Shown here piece by piece: positions 1 to 12,411 of a stretch of 64,000 bases of DNA (the first letter of the stretch is position 1; each line of letters begins with the position of its first letter). This DNA is from Octopus vulgaris. Taxonomy: Eukaryota. Location: assembly GCA_951406725.2 (NCBI GenBank), contig OX597839.1:15686001-15750000 (forward strand). Direction: 5' to 3'. Below the pieces are notes generated by a model, which searched no databases, had not been told where the DNA came from, and saw nothing but the letters and a program-made list of their open reading frames with translations. Made by a program: the position numbers and the translations under genes.

Positions 1-746
1 GGTAAAAGATGTTTGTTAGTCTAAGGCTATGGTAGATGTTTGCCAAAGTGACTCATAATGGAACTGAACCTAAACTTATGTAGTTGCAAAGCAAACTTCT
101 TAACCATACAACCATGCCTACACCCACTTTGCTGAAGTTTGATCAAACATGTTAGCAGATTACATTAAATTTATGGTGAGTACCATGGAGTAGTGGTAGT
201 ACCTCTGGCAAGCTGAATTTGCAACACAAGTGTGAGGCCCAGTCAAACTATTTGAATGCAATACCCTGAAATTCTCAATAGCTTAAAGAGAGATGAACTC
301 AGCGTAAATAAACTTATTATTTGGTACACTACAAAAAATAAAGGTAAATGTTTCAAAACACTAACTAATGGCATTCCAACTTTAAGCTAGTTGGTTCATT
401 AAGATGACAGACTATGATTACTGGGTTAATATCTCATCACTTGCATTGCACTGCATCCATGATTCTCTAATGACCCTATTTTACATAGTGAAAATATATA
501 AAATCCAGACAATGAGAAAACTGAGAAGAGTTTATATTGTCAACAAATAATCCAAGAGAAAATGTGATAATTAAAATAAATGTAGTTACCATGAGAAAAT
601 GAATAAGTTTGACATTTAAGGTTCATCTTTTTTATCGATGACATGAAGAGAATTTTTTTTTTCTGATAAAGTCTAAGCCCAAAATGTTAAGCCTTTTCTT
701 TTTCTCACACTGACTATATCTACCATACTATCTTTATCTTTTTCAG

Positions 747-902
747 TTTTATGAAGTCCTCCAAATCAAGTCAGCAGTATCATGTGTGTATGTCAAGGTA
801 ACTGGAGTTGGAATTGTTCCAAATCTGAAGTTCTCGTTTGAGGGCAGCATCTTTGATATGGGTTGCATTACTCCTGGAGAATTCTACAACAAAACATTTA
901 CG
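747..902 (+). CDS. CFAP74: CFAP74-like internal exon (FYEVLQIK...GVGIVPNLKFSFEGSIFDMGCITPGEFYNKTFT)
   Basis: tttttcAG acceptor and GTaatt donor; 156 nt, phase 0-0; splices in frame to the eight downstream exons. Gene name comes from recalled similarity of the spliced product to the CFAP74 C-terminus. Confidence 0.75.
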
Positions 903-999
903 GTAATTTATTTTCTCTACTGTGAAAACCTTGAAGATTATGTTTCTGTGATGCCAGATAAATTAGCCTCATCATCTTTATCATTATCAGTGTCATGAA

Positions 1000-2249
1000 T
1001 ATGTGAATACAGAATTTAGCATACAAGTTGGGGTTCACCAGGGTTAAGTTCTCAGTCCACTCTTATTCATCATTGTCCTCCAGGCCATAAGAGAGGAATT
1101 CAAAACTGGATGTCTGTGGGAACTACTATATGCTGATGACCTGGCTCTTATTGCAGAATCTGTAGTAGAATTGGAGAAGCAATTCCAGGCATGGAAGCAA
1201 AACCTAGAATCAAAGGGCCTTAAAGTTAACCTAGCAAAGACCAAAGCTGTTGTTAGCCAGGAAGTAGATAAGACTCTCTTTCCGTCAGGTAAATGGCTCT
1301 GTTCAGTATGTAGGAAAGGAGTTGGAAGTAATTCCATTCACTGCACCCAGTGTAAGCTCTGAACGCATAAGAGGTGCAATGGAATCACAGATAAATTAAC
1401 AGATAAAATTATCTTTGTATGTGGCAGATGTGCAGGAACAATAAGCATTAAGGGCACACAAGAATTAGACTCTCTCAAATGCCCAGGAGACTCTTGAGGT
1501 TGTAGATAGTTTCTGTTACCTAGGTGACCAAATTAGCAATGGTGGAGGATGCTTTATATAATAATAATAATAATAATAATTGTGTACAGTGCTCAGGTGC
1601 ACTACAACTCATCTAAAGTGTATATATAATCAGGTGAAGTTTCGGCGGATTTCGGAAAGCATGAGGGCCTTAAAAGATGCAGTGTCATGGCAGTCAACAA
1701 CTGACGCAGGCAGTTTATTCCATGCTTCAGCAACTCTGAGCGTGAAAAAATGTTTCCGAAAGTCATGGGAGCTGTATTGTTTTCTGACTTTGTAGGCATG
1801 TCCACGTGTGTTAGACACATGTATTGTTTCTAGAATAAGAATAGGATGGAGGAAGTTCAGAGAGTTATTACCTCTGTTGGCAACAAAAGAACTGTCTCTC
1901 AGAGTGAAAGGTAGATTGTATGAATGCTTGTGTATGAATGCTGAATGGCTATACTTCATGGTAGTGAGACATGGGCTCTGAATGCAAAAGACTTGCATAG
2001 ACTGGAGAGAAATGAAGGCAGTATGCTCCATTGGATGTGCATGCCAAAACTGACCTCCCCTGTGCTGATGCCACATCCAAAGCACTGTCCACTCTGCAGA
2101 GTGGTTGGTGTTAGGAAGGGCATCCAGTTGTAAAAACCCTGCCAAAACAGACACAATAGCCTGGTGCAGTCTTCTGCCTGGCCAGCCCCTGTCAAACCAT
2201 CCAACCCATACCAGCATAGAAAGCAGACATTAAACGATGATGATGATGT
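1000..2249 (+). mobile_element. Decayed RTE-type LINE 3' portion (RT remnant, Cys-rich PHD-like segment, (GAT)n tail), interrupted by a CR1-like fragment
   Basis: QVGVHQG*VLSPLLF...LLYADDLALIAES, GLKVNLAKTK, CSVCRKGVGSNSIHCTQC, RIRIGWRKFRELLPLL, LHGSETWAL; stops and frameshifts; ends in ...gacattaaacgatgatgatgatg. Confidence 0.85.
1554..1821 (-). mobile_element. CR1-type LINE 3' fragment nested in the RTE remnant
   Basis: Minus-strand NTRGHAYKVRK...HFFTLRVAEAWNKLPASVV...FKALM*, the typical CR1 ORF2 C-terminus, followed by an (ATT)7 tail. Confidence 0.8.
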
Positions 2250-2875
2250 CACTATCATTGTCATTATCTTCATCGCCATTATCATATTCATTATCTTGTC
2301 ACTATCATTGTCACTGGTAAGGCACAAGATTAAATACATTGCAGTATTTAGTTATGTTCCTTTACATTCTTACTTCAAATCCTGGTGGGGCTTAACTTGC
2401 AGTCAATAAAAAAAAAGTACCAGTACCGTACTGGGGTCACTTTACTCTCTCCCAAAGTCTTCTGGCCTTAAGCTGATATTAGAAATCATTATTATTGTTA
2501 TCAATGTTATTGCTATTTCTCTTGTCTCAAAGGTAGTAAATATGATCACAACAGTTAGAGTGAATAGAGTATGAAAATATAATTTTGTAAAGCTTGGCTG
2601 CAGGCTCATATTTTACCAAGATTGACTATATATATCATAAAACTGGAATTCGGACTTGGTAAATGTGTAGCCAAATTATTACAGCATCAATATGTCAGGT
2701 AATATTTAGTTTATAGTCCTTTGCATTTAGAGTTCAAATTCTGCAAAGTTAGCTTTACTTTTCATTGTTCTGGGATTAATGAAATAAAGTGCCAGTTAAA
2801 TTCCAGAGTTGACATAATATTCTTATAATATATCTTAGATACAAATGAAATTATAATAGAAAACTCTAATTATTA

Positions 2876-3835
2876 CTAGCAAATACCCATGGAAATTCCG
2901 GGATTATTTTAAAAAGTATATTGTTGTAATTTATAGACAACTTTGAAATATGTTATTTCTTTTTGAAATTGTATATTTACTGATATATTTAATTCTTGAG
3001 GTGGTGTAATTCCATAGAGATGGTGATGAATGTGCAGTCTTAAGGGAGAACATCTTTGAAAATGAGTAATATATTTGTTACCTCTTCTATCTTGAGAGTT
3101 TTTATCTAATGTTTATCTGTTATTTATATCTTTACAACAAGAAGTGAACACACTAGGGCTACACACAACTGTCTATGAGAAAATACTGGCTTGCTTCTCC
3201 ATTGAGGCTATTATTAAAATTACTGAAAATATGTTGAAAGAATTATATATCATCATCATCATCGTTTAACGTCCGCTTTCCATGCTAGCATGGGTTGGAC
3301 GAGTTTGACTGAGGGCTGGCGAACCAGATGGCTGCACCAGGCTCAAATCTTGATTTGGCAGCTGGATGCCCTTCCTAACACCAACCACTCCGAGAGTGTA
3401 GTGGGTGCTTTTTACATGCCACCGGCATGGGGGCCAGTCAGGCGGTACTGGCAACAACCTCGCTCGAATCCTTTTACACATGCCACCAGCACAGGTGCCA
3501 GTAAGGCGACTTTGGTAACGATCACACTCGAATGGTGCCCTTTTACGTGCCACTGGCATGGAAGCCAGTTGGCTGCTCTGGCAACGATCACACTCGGATG
3601 GTGCTCTTGGCACCCTACTAGCACGGGCACAAGTGCCAGTAAGGCAGGGCTGGTAACGATCACGCATGAATGGTGCCCATGTATGCACAGGCATGACTGT
3701 GTGGTAAGAAGCTTGCTTCCCAACCACATGGTTCTGGGTTCAGTGCCTCTGCATGGTGCCTTGGAGAAGTGTCTTCTATATTTCAAATCCTCCTGTTTGA
3801 TGTAATAAATAATAAACTTGGGAATTAATATTAGA
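2876..3835 (-). mobile_element. Possible old non-autonomous Helitron carrying nested retro-insertions
   Basis: Minus strand reads A|TCTAATATTAATT at the 5' end and imperfect hairpin CCCGGAATTTCCATGGG...CTAG|T at the 3' end. Confidence 0.4.
3250..3680 (-). mobile_element. RTE-type 3' end with (GAT)n tail and internal ~60-bp imperfect tandem repeats
   Basis: Same tail as 2080-2249 and 47865-48052 (ggcgttaggaagggcatccagc...gcatggaaagcggacgttaaacgatgatg); three or four units containing ggtaacgatcacactcgaatggtgccc. Confidence 0.75.
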
Positions 3836-3975
3836 TACATCAATGCTGGCTATATCAGATGAAAGACAGATCCTAAGTTAAAATCAATGGCTTGCTATGT
3901 TGACAAAGATGAGAGTAGACTAGAATTATATGTGTTCAGATATGAAGAATGTGACATTGTGTTTATATTTTGTAG

Positions 3976-4135
3976 ATCCAGAATCTCTCACCAATTAGTA
4001 TTGACTTCACCATTGAACTGGCAAGTATATCTGATCAATATTCCAAAGATGCTGAATGGAACATTCAACCGCTTAATACCATATACAGACCCCTTCGACA
4101 GAATTTTCCACACCAACCTTTAAAACCTTTCATTG
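3976..4135 (+). CDS. CFAP74: CFAP74-like exon (IQNLSPISIDFTIELASIS...KPFI)
   Basis: tttgtAG / GTaac; 160 nt, phase 0-1; open frame continuous with neighbouring exons. Confidence 0.75.
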
Positions 4136-4527
4136 GTAACAACTTTCAATTAAAAAAAAATTTTTTTTTGTGTTTTATTTTTATCAGTTGTTGTTGTTCT
4201 CTCTTTTTAATAAAGTAAACAGGAAGATATAAGGAAACTGGTCTTCTTTGAAAGTTAGGGAATATAAACTGTCCAAAAATGCCTGCAAAGTTCTTACCTC
4301 TGAAGGTAGACACAGAGCATGCACAAGATTAAACTGCATATTGTAAAGTTATTATTAATCTACTTAATGTTGTGTGTATTATAGATCTAATTAGAAATAT
4401 CTGCATGGCGGCAAGACATTAACTCAATGGCTAATATTATTTTAATTATTTTGCAAGTATGGGAGACAACTCTGCATGTAAACATCAAAATTAATTAGAA
4501 AATATTCTGCAGTTCTTAATGACATAA

Positions 4528-4692
4528 CCGTATTTTAACGTGTATAAGGAACCATTTTTAGTCAAAAATTAGGTTAAAAAAATATGTAAGTTTTTTTATA
4601 CATGGATAGTATTATAATCCCTTACAAAACTATTTTTTCCCAAATTTTAACACCAGAAAGTTAGAGGGTTCCTTATATACGTTAAAATATGG
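4528..4692. mobile_element. Tc1/mariner-superfamily (Tc2/pogo-like) MITE
   Basis: ~26-bp TIRs CCGTATTTTAACGTGTATAAGGAACC / GGTTCCTTATATACGTTAAAATATGG; TA at the right flank, AA at the left. Confidence 0.75.
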
Positions 4693-5468
4693 TAATATTA
4701 CTTTTATTGTTTCAACAAGTTTGAGAAACAACTCCAGCTATGTTTCTGTCTTATTATATCTCTTCAGCAGAACATAGATTTCACCATACTTGCCAATGTA
4801 ATGAAAGTCAGCTCGTGTCTGAGTATGACTTCTTAGACACAGCCATCACTTCTCAAAGTGCAACATCAATGAACAACATTATTGCCTGGGTGACTCAGGA
4901 TCAGTGACCCTGCCCCTGCCTATACTACACTTCTTGTCTACCCTCATTACTGTGGGAACTGTGGAAGTGATGGCATTTCATCATTATAAACAAACCCCTG
5001 TAAGAATACCAACCACTTTTGAAAGGTCCATCCTCTGTTTGCTGTTATAAGAACTTACTGTGCTGGGATTTGTCTAAAGCTATACAATATTTAAAAATGT
5101 ATCTCTGCTTATCAATACTTTGGCATGTTTCTGATTGTCTCAGCCAGAGTTGAACCATTCAGAGGAAAGCTAATCTGTCAGAAAAGTGATTGCACAGAAC
5201 AACATTAACTTTTAAGAAAGAAACATTTTCCTCACGGCGACCCAACATTAGTCAGAAACTCGTGAAAATAATGATTAAATAATTGCAGACTTATTTTTCA
5301 AATATTATAAAACTTCCAGTCCAATATTTTTGTTTTTTTGTTTATCTGTAGTCAAAATAATAAGTACCAATCACATCTTATCTTAGCAAAAGTGTAGCAT
5401 GTTTGCCACACTAAGCATTAATTCACTCTGGGAACTCATTTCTGTAAATATAATTTTCTTTATTGTAG

Positions 5469-5534
5469 GCATACAGAATTATAATGGCTTGAATGTGTTT
5501 GACTTGGTCCCTAGTTCTGGACAGATTGCAGCTG
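5469..5534 (+). CDS. CFAP74: CFAP74-like exon (GIQNYNGLNVFDLVPSSGQIAAG)
   Basis: tgtAG / GTaagg; 66 nt, phase 1-1; matches the recalled CFAP74 motif G-x-QNY-x-GL-x-VF-x-x-x-P-x-x-G-x-I. Confidence 0.8.
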
Positions 5535-6147
5535 GTAAGGAGAAACCATTACTATATTACTGTCTTTTATTAAGATTGTGTATTTCTTATTCTCTTTGTC
5601 TAAGTCAGTAAACCAGCTCTGGTTGAGCTGACCCATGATCAAAAGTATTCTTATTCAAAGTACTCCAGACTACATTATTCAATGTGTCATTTAAAACAGA
5701 AAATAAGAAAGAAAGGGTGTGATCTGAGGAAAGTTTGGGTGTTATTTCTTGCAGATCAAGTAACAACATAGAGGCCTTCTCGTTATTTGAAAGGTTTTTT
5801 AGTTGTCAGTTTAAGATGTAACACCTCTGTTATTTAGCTTTAAGATGAAAAGTGATATCAATAATGACAGATGCAGATGTAGTTTTCATTTAACCATATG
5901 TAACATAAACAGAATACATGAAACTTTAATATCTTTAAACACACACACTCTGTCTCACACACACATACACAAGTGTATGTGCACACACCACATACACACA
6001 CACTATCTCACTCTCACACACACACACAACACAAGCATCTAACATAATGCTTAGCAGTATTGAGTTATTTTGCTTGATGTTCTGAACTGAAATCCAATCC
6101 TGGCCAGTTTTGTGTTCCATCTTTGAGCTTGATAAAATTAATGTCAA

Positions 6148-6332
6148 ACTCAAGTGATAAATAGCAACATTTCTGTAATATTGATATCTAACAGAACCAT
6201 AAAACCTTAATTTTTTGGTGATTGGGAGTTTGTAGTGAATTTGACTATAAACTCCCAATCACCAAAAAATTAAGGTTTTATGGTTCTGTTAGATATCAAT
6301 ATAACAGTAATGTTGTTATTTATCACTTGAGT
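6148..6332. repeat. Near-perfect foldback inverted repeat (~89-bp arms, 7-nt loop)
   Basis: 6148-6236 is the reverse complement of 6244-6332; the core 6179-6231 pairs perfectly. Confidence 0.9.
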
Positions 6333-6524
6333 GATGTATATTTATGGGACTTATAAACAGAATAGTGAACTTTGGCCATGAACAGAGTCTGTTGGAATAA
6401 GGACCATCAGTTTGTTGCAGAAACTAGCTAAAGTCCCATTCACTGTTGATAACACCTGACCAATCTGTTACTACTTTTTAGAGGAAGAAAAAAGTATTAT
6501 TTCTCTGACATCTTTTTCCCGTAG

Positions 6525-6613
6525 GTAGCACCAAAGAGATCACTATAACATTTGCACCTGACCACACAAGTAAATCCTTCTCGGATATTGTGAAAATAAA
6601 CACTTTTGAAAAG
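6525..6613 (+). CDS. CFAP74: CFAP74-like exon (STKEITITFAPDHTSKSFSDIVKINTFEK)
   Basis: cccgtAG / GTaact; 89 nt, phase 1-0; F-x-PDH-x-S-x-x-(F/Y)SD motif. Confidence 0.8.
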
Positions 6614-6742
6614 GTAACTTTTATTCTCTCTCCTCCCAATTCCCCATGTACATATGAAAATAAGAGTCCATATATTTATCTTAATCGAGACAAAACGAAC
6701 AGCACTACCTGTGTTTTTCAGTTTTAAACTTCTCTCTTTCAG

Positions 6743-6866
6743 AACTGTGTCCATTCTTTCCAAGTTGTTGGTCAAGGAAAGGGGACTTCAATTTTCTTTG
6801 ATGAACATGATAAACCAGTTCCTGTCATTGAATCTCTCGGCCTTTCAGCACTATCACAAATGCAAG
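6743..6866 (+). CDS. CFAP74: CFAP74-like exon (NCVHSFQVVGQG...PVIESLGLSALSQMQ)
   Basis: ctttcAG / GTaagc; 124 nt, phase 0-1. Confidence 0.75.
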
Positions 6867-6955
6867 GTAAGCTGCCCAGTATATCACTTCAGTTGTAGTT
6901 ATATAAAACATATCTTTTCCGCAACTGTTTTATTGATTTGTTATTTTTTTTTCAG

Positions 6956-7071
6956 ATGACACAATTGTTGTAAATCTACAGAGTATATTTGAACAAGATA
7001 AATGTAGCATTGTAAAGAAAGAGCTTACATTTGGAAGCATCATAAATACCATATCTTCAAGCCAAAAAAAG
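6956..7071 (+). CDS. CFAP74: CFAP74-like exon (DDTIVVNLQS...KKELTFGSIINTISSSQKK)
   Basis: poly-T cAG / GTagat; 116 nt, phase 1-0. Confidence 0.75.
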
Positions 7072-8165
7072 GTAGATCCATTTATTGCTATCATTATCGT
7101 AGCTTAAAATCATATATATATTTATATGCCCCTTTGCCACCACTCATAAGTATGTAGTATGTACCATGTTTTAGCTTAACTGTTTTAGATGCCTGTCTAG
7201 TCGTGAGCTGACACAAAAATCTTCTTGGCCCTACCACCCTTTGACCCAATAAAATATCCTGGATATGACAGATGGAGGCAGAGAGAGCTCCGCCAAAACT
7301 GGACTGGTGGAGCTCTCTCTCATTTTCAACTGAGTAGGCTAGAGCAATGTGAAATGTAACACACACAATACAACACAATGTGAAATGAAATGTGTGTGTG
7401 TGCATAGCTAGTTGTCTTTGAAACCACATGGTTCTGGATTTAATCCCACAAAGTGACATTTTACTTTAGCTTTGGCTTGACCTAAGCTTTGTAAAGGAAA
7501 CTTAGTAGACAGAAAATGTGTAGAAACCTGATATCTGTGTCATATGTCAGTTTTACTCGGAATGTGACATTGCAGATGATGTTTAAAACAGACAGATGTG
7601 GTATGGCTGTAAAATTTCTTTAAATAAAGTATTGAAATGAAATTTAAGGCAGTCAAAATTTATTTTCCATAACAACATCATTTTCCCATAGTGATAGGTC
7701 AGGTAAAGGAACATGTGCAATTACAGTGTGTTGCTTCATCCACCATTTGTTAGTATTTGCTCAGGTCATCTCAGGGAACCTTACAAGCTATACCTCAGTC
7801 AGTTTCCATTTCTGCGAGATACTTCCTCGTCCACTGTGACCATGTGGCTAGCCACTATGAACTGTCACCCCAACCAGATTCTCATAGAAGAGAATCTGAG
7901 ACACAGGATCCAACTCAGAAAATTGAGTTACATAACCAAACAGAAGTGATAGAAAGTACAAAACCACTCAGTTATATAGGAAAATCAAGAAAAAATCAAA
8001 ATGTTCATCATGGTAGAATTTAATAAATAGCTATTGTTTGTAATATTCATTTGTTTAAAAGAATATGTTGCCACCTAAGTATCTATAATTTTCTCTTAAC
8101 TTTATAATATTTTCTGCAATTTTACTTCTTTTTTTTTAACTATCATTAATGAATATATCCTACAG

Positions 8166-8234
8166 GGAGGAGAGCTTTCCTTTGAAGTCACCAGTGATTT
8201 TACATCGAAAGGATTCAGCATAGATCCATACAAG
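8166..8234 (+). CDS. CFAP74: CFAP74-like exon (GGELSFEVTSDFTSKGFSIDPYK)
   Basis: tacAG / GTaaaa; 69 nt, phase 0-0; KGFS-x-x-P motif. Confidence 0.75.
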
Positions 8235-9689
8235 GTAAAAAGAGGTTACATGTTAAGTAATATGTATAGGGTCCTTGGATATCTTTAGGAGAGTTCATTC
8301 TATTGCAAACCTTCAAATAATACTCCCCCACTTAGTTCCTTCTTAGCTGATGTTGAACTCTGCAGACAATGATTTTCAGCTGTTCATGCTGGGTATCAGC
8401 TTTATCAGTCTCATCTGCTTATAAAGACCCATATTTTGTTTCAATCTGATATCAACCAATTAATTTACATTTTGCTTGACCTTGGTCTTGAGTTATGATT
8501 TGATGGAGGGAGGGAGTTATTCTATTACCTGTTGAATTATTGGAGAACAACGCTAAGGACTCTGCCTTCATGTAGTGCAGTTCCTTCTAATTTTGGAACA
8601 AGGTCAGCAATTTTGAGGGGAGGGGAAGTCGATTACATTGACCCCTTTGCTGAACTGCTACATAATTTATTAACCTTGAAAGGATGAACAGTAAAGTTGG
8701 ACTCGGCAGTATCTAACTGAAAGCCTAAAGAAATGCTGTGAAGCATTTTGTTTGGTGTGCTAACAGTTCTGCTTTTACTCACAAATAGGACTAAATTCAG
8801 AACCACACGCTATAGAAAACAGCTACGTATTTTACAGAGTTCTTTCTATTGACAATAGGACATTGGTTTGATGCTAGCTACTAGAGCAACTTTCTGTTAT
8901 CTTCTCTTGCTGAAAAGAGAAATACTTAAATCAGGACCATGTTAGAAACACTTCCGTAGTAGCCCAGCAATAAAGGAATATTTCAACTTGACACTGATTA
9001 TCATCCACTGCTCTGTCATGTCTGCAGCGATCTGTACCCACCACTGAGGTTCTTATTTACAGCTATGTAAGCTCTGACATGACAAAATCACAGTGAGGTG
9101 ATACAAACTTTGAATATTTTTTATTGGTGCCACAAGACTCCATCAACTCAAGAAGCAGTGATTGTCATGTTTAAAAGTCATTTACTCAAAATATATTTGG
9201 ACAGCTGACACAATTTCACTGACTGATATTATAACAGTCATTCACTGACTTATTGTGGCCAGCCTAAATAAATGTTTTCAAGGGCTGGTACTAAGCAGAA
9301 GAGAGTAGAAAAACTCCCTCTAGATAGTCCATTAAACTGTTTCCCTACACTACCATACTTGTTGCATGTTGGAGTATGCAGTGTGGTTTTCAAATAGGTG
9401 CAGATATAGTAATTCTTGAAAAACCAAAACCCAGTTTCTGCAACAAATATCAAAGTAATAATCTTTTACACGTGGAAATATATTGGTATCAAAGAGAGAG
9501 AGAGAGAGACAGTGTGTGTGTGTGTGTGTTTGTGTGTGTGTGCATGCATGTGTACATGTAAGGGAGAGAATATGTGCTTGAGGAGAGAGTGTATGTGCAT
9601 GAGAGAGAAGTGGTGGTAAAGGGTGTTGATACCACTGTTTGTAATTGTGGTAGTGGGAATAATGATGAAATCTTTTGCTCTATTTCCAG

Positions 9690-9755
9690 GCATCTTTAGA
9701 TTCTGGTTCAAAGAAAACAGTGATATTAACCTGGAACCCACCACATGGCTCTAAG
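9690..9755 (+). CDS. CFAP74: CFAP74-like exon (ASLDSGSKKTVILTWNPPHGSK)
   Basis: tttccAG / GTaaat; 66 nt, phase 0-0; TW-x-PP motif. Confidence 0.75.
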
Positions 9756-10783
9756 GTAAATAATAGAAATTTTCAGATTATTTTTATTGTAGATAAACAT
9801 ATTCATAAGAGAAATATGAATACTGGAAGTAATAATGGTAGTGGTAGTGATACTAGTTTTGTGAGTGGTGATTCAGTCACTGTTTTAAAGTTCCTTATTT
9901 CTTACGAGTGTGCTAACAGTTCTGCTTTTACTCACAAATAAGTTTATTTAACATTATGAGTAGAAAATCTAAATGTTTCCTTGCCCTTCATCTGAGGGAG
10001 AGGAAGAGAAAGGAATAGTGGTGTTTCCACTTGGTAGTGAGTAGTTAACTATCTACAACTAAATGATCTGAGCAAATGTTAGATCCATTATTCCTCACAG
10101 CCACTCTACTCTTACCCAGCTCAGCCACAAGCTACCCTATGAATTTATTGTTACCAACAAAGTCCATCACAAAGTCATTGTATTTACAGATATTTCTCTT
10201 TATATCCAATCGTTATTGTTCTTAGTATTTCACATATTTCAGATTATAAACTAAATGTTTAGAATATATTTTTACAATATTTACACCTACACTTTTATTT
10301 CTTAGGCCAAGCACACCACCCTATTTAACAACAGCATCATTATCTGATCCTTGAAAGACTTAACAGGGTTCATTTGAAACAGAACACTTTGTCTATATTG
10401 CATTTGCAGAAAAATTTATACTTTAACTAATGAATGATCTCTCCTTTTTATGTATTGATCAGTCATAGGAAGAAGGACAAACACCTAGTGTCAGGACCTC
10501 AGACACTTGGTATCTTCAGCAGAGTTTTAAGTCTGAGAATAGCCTTCTTCCAGCTGATGGTTTCAAACCAGGTGGCAAGAACAGAAATGTCTCTTGTGAT
10601 GGGCTTCCACATAGTTTTCATCTACCAAATTTTACTAACACGGTTTTGGCTGATTTGAAGCTAATGTAGAAAACACTTACCCATGGTGTCATACAACAGG
10701 ATTGAACCAAAAACTATGTAGTTGCAAAGTGAACTTTTTAACCATACAATTATGTCTGTAAGGCATAGCTATTTATAATTTAA

Positions 10784-11378
10784 CTAGCTGGCCCCGTGCT
10801 GTCACAAATGACAGCTAATTGTAGTATTTTATATATATAAATAAGGTACATAATAATCAGATACATACATTCACATACTTCCCTTGTTTGATTTTTCTTT
10901 TCAGTGTTGAATGTTCACCATCCCACTTCGATTACACACACACAAACATTCCCATGACTCCCTTTTACATACACACACATATATTCATGCAGAGTTGGAA
11001 TGCTGTTTGATTTTTGTTTTCAATGTAGGACTTCCATCATCCCACTACCAAGTTTGCTACCACCCCTTCCTTCCTTATTCATCTATCACCCTTTCCTTTC
11101 TCATTCATATGTTGTGGCGGAGAAATACACAAGAGTATTATTATTGTAGAAGATACACAATGCTCTCTTTGCCACTTTCTCTCCCCAATTGCTATTGTTT
11201 TCTCTCACCCCCTCTCAATCATGGATATTACTCTCACTACTTCTTCACTGAATTACTATTTTCTCTCCTCTCCCTTCACTTATACTACTCTTTCTCCCCC
11301 TCCATCTTGCATGATTTTGGACAAATATATATATCTACAAATATATAAAAACACTACACTCGTTATTATATTAGGAGA
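10784..11378 (-). mobile_element. Non-autonomous Helitron
   Basis: Minus strand A|TCTCCTAATATAATAACGAG...GCTGTCATTTGTGACAGC hairpin...CTAG|T; inserted between A and T with no TSD. Confidence 0.65.
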
Positions 11379-11915
11379 TTATTATGTAATTACTTATATA
11401 TAGTTTAGCTATTAAGTAATCACTATGTTTAGTTTAACTACTGAGTACCCATTGTGTATAGTATTGCTATATGCATTTTAACTATTGAATACTTATATTA
11501 CATAGTATTACTGTATATTAACAGTACTCATTAAAAATTCCACAGGAGTTTTGAAAACTTTAAGATTATAGGAAGTTTTGCTTAGAACCATGCAATATAT
11601 ATTTTTGTTTGAAATTGCATTTTTTTTCCTAAAGCTTTGATCTTTATAATGGTGTGAAGTTCAATAGGTTGTACTGACAATGAAATTTTAGGAGAGAACA
11701 TCTTTGAAAACTATATTCTTTGATATACATTTGTAATATTTTTCTATATGCTTATTATCCTTATTCTAAAAAGTAGAGAATGGCATCAAAGAATCTATCT
11801 CCAATATAATTCTGCCATATTTAAAAAAAATACAAAAGGCTAGACTTGAACTCTCATCATCATTTAGTGTCCAATTTCCATGTTGGCATAAGTGAAATGA
11901 TTTGACTGGAACTGG

Positions 11916-11973
11916 TCTCTCTCTCTCTCTTTCTTTCTTTCTCTCTCTTTCTTTCTTTCTCTCTTTCTTTCTT

Positions 11974-12008
<35 letters not shown>

Positions 12009-12037
12009 CTCTCTTTCTTTCTTTCTCTCTCTCTCTT

Positions 12038-12068
<31 letters not shown>

Positions 12069-12107
12069 CTCTCTCTCTCTTTCTTTCTTTCTCTCTCTTC
12101 CTTTCTT

Positions 12108-12140
<33 letters not shown>
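11916..12140. repeat. (CT)n/(CTTT)n polypyrimidine microsatellite followed by a short (TA)n run
   Basis: Seen directly. Confidence 0.95.
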
Positions 12141-12411
12141 CACATGACCGACCAGGCTGTCAGATGTTGTTGCGTTTCGCATTGTTTTAGCCTTCAAATG
12201 ACGCCACCCTGCTGGCTAAGCGAGCAGGCCAACAGAAAAAAGAGTGAGAGAAAGTTGTGGCGAAAGAGTACAGCAGGGATCCCCACAACCCTGTGCCGGA
12301 GCCGCGTGGAGTTTTTTAAGTGTTTTCGCTCAATAAACACTCACAACGCCCGGTCAAGGAATCGAAACTGCTATCTTACGACCGCAAGTCCGCTGCCCTA
12401 ACCACTGGGCC
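12141..12411 (-). mobile_element. tRNA-derived SINE (tRNA-Arg-like head; possibly the octopus OR class)
   Basis: Minus strand GGCCCAGTGGTTAGGGCAGCGGAC (A box) ... GTTTCGATTCC (B box); head and body shared with 35538-35695; 3' end abuts (TA)n. Confidence 0.8.

Noticed and set aside
3430-3680. Repeat-spacer-like pattern (ggtaacgatcacactcgaatggtgc) suggesting CRISPR
   Set aside because: Eukaryotic context, degenerate units with related spacers, attached to an RTE tail, no cas genes.
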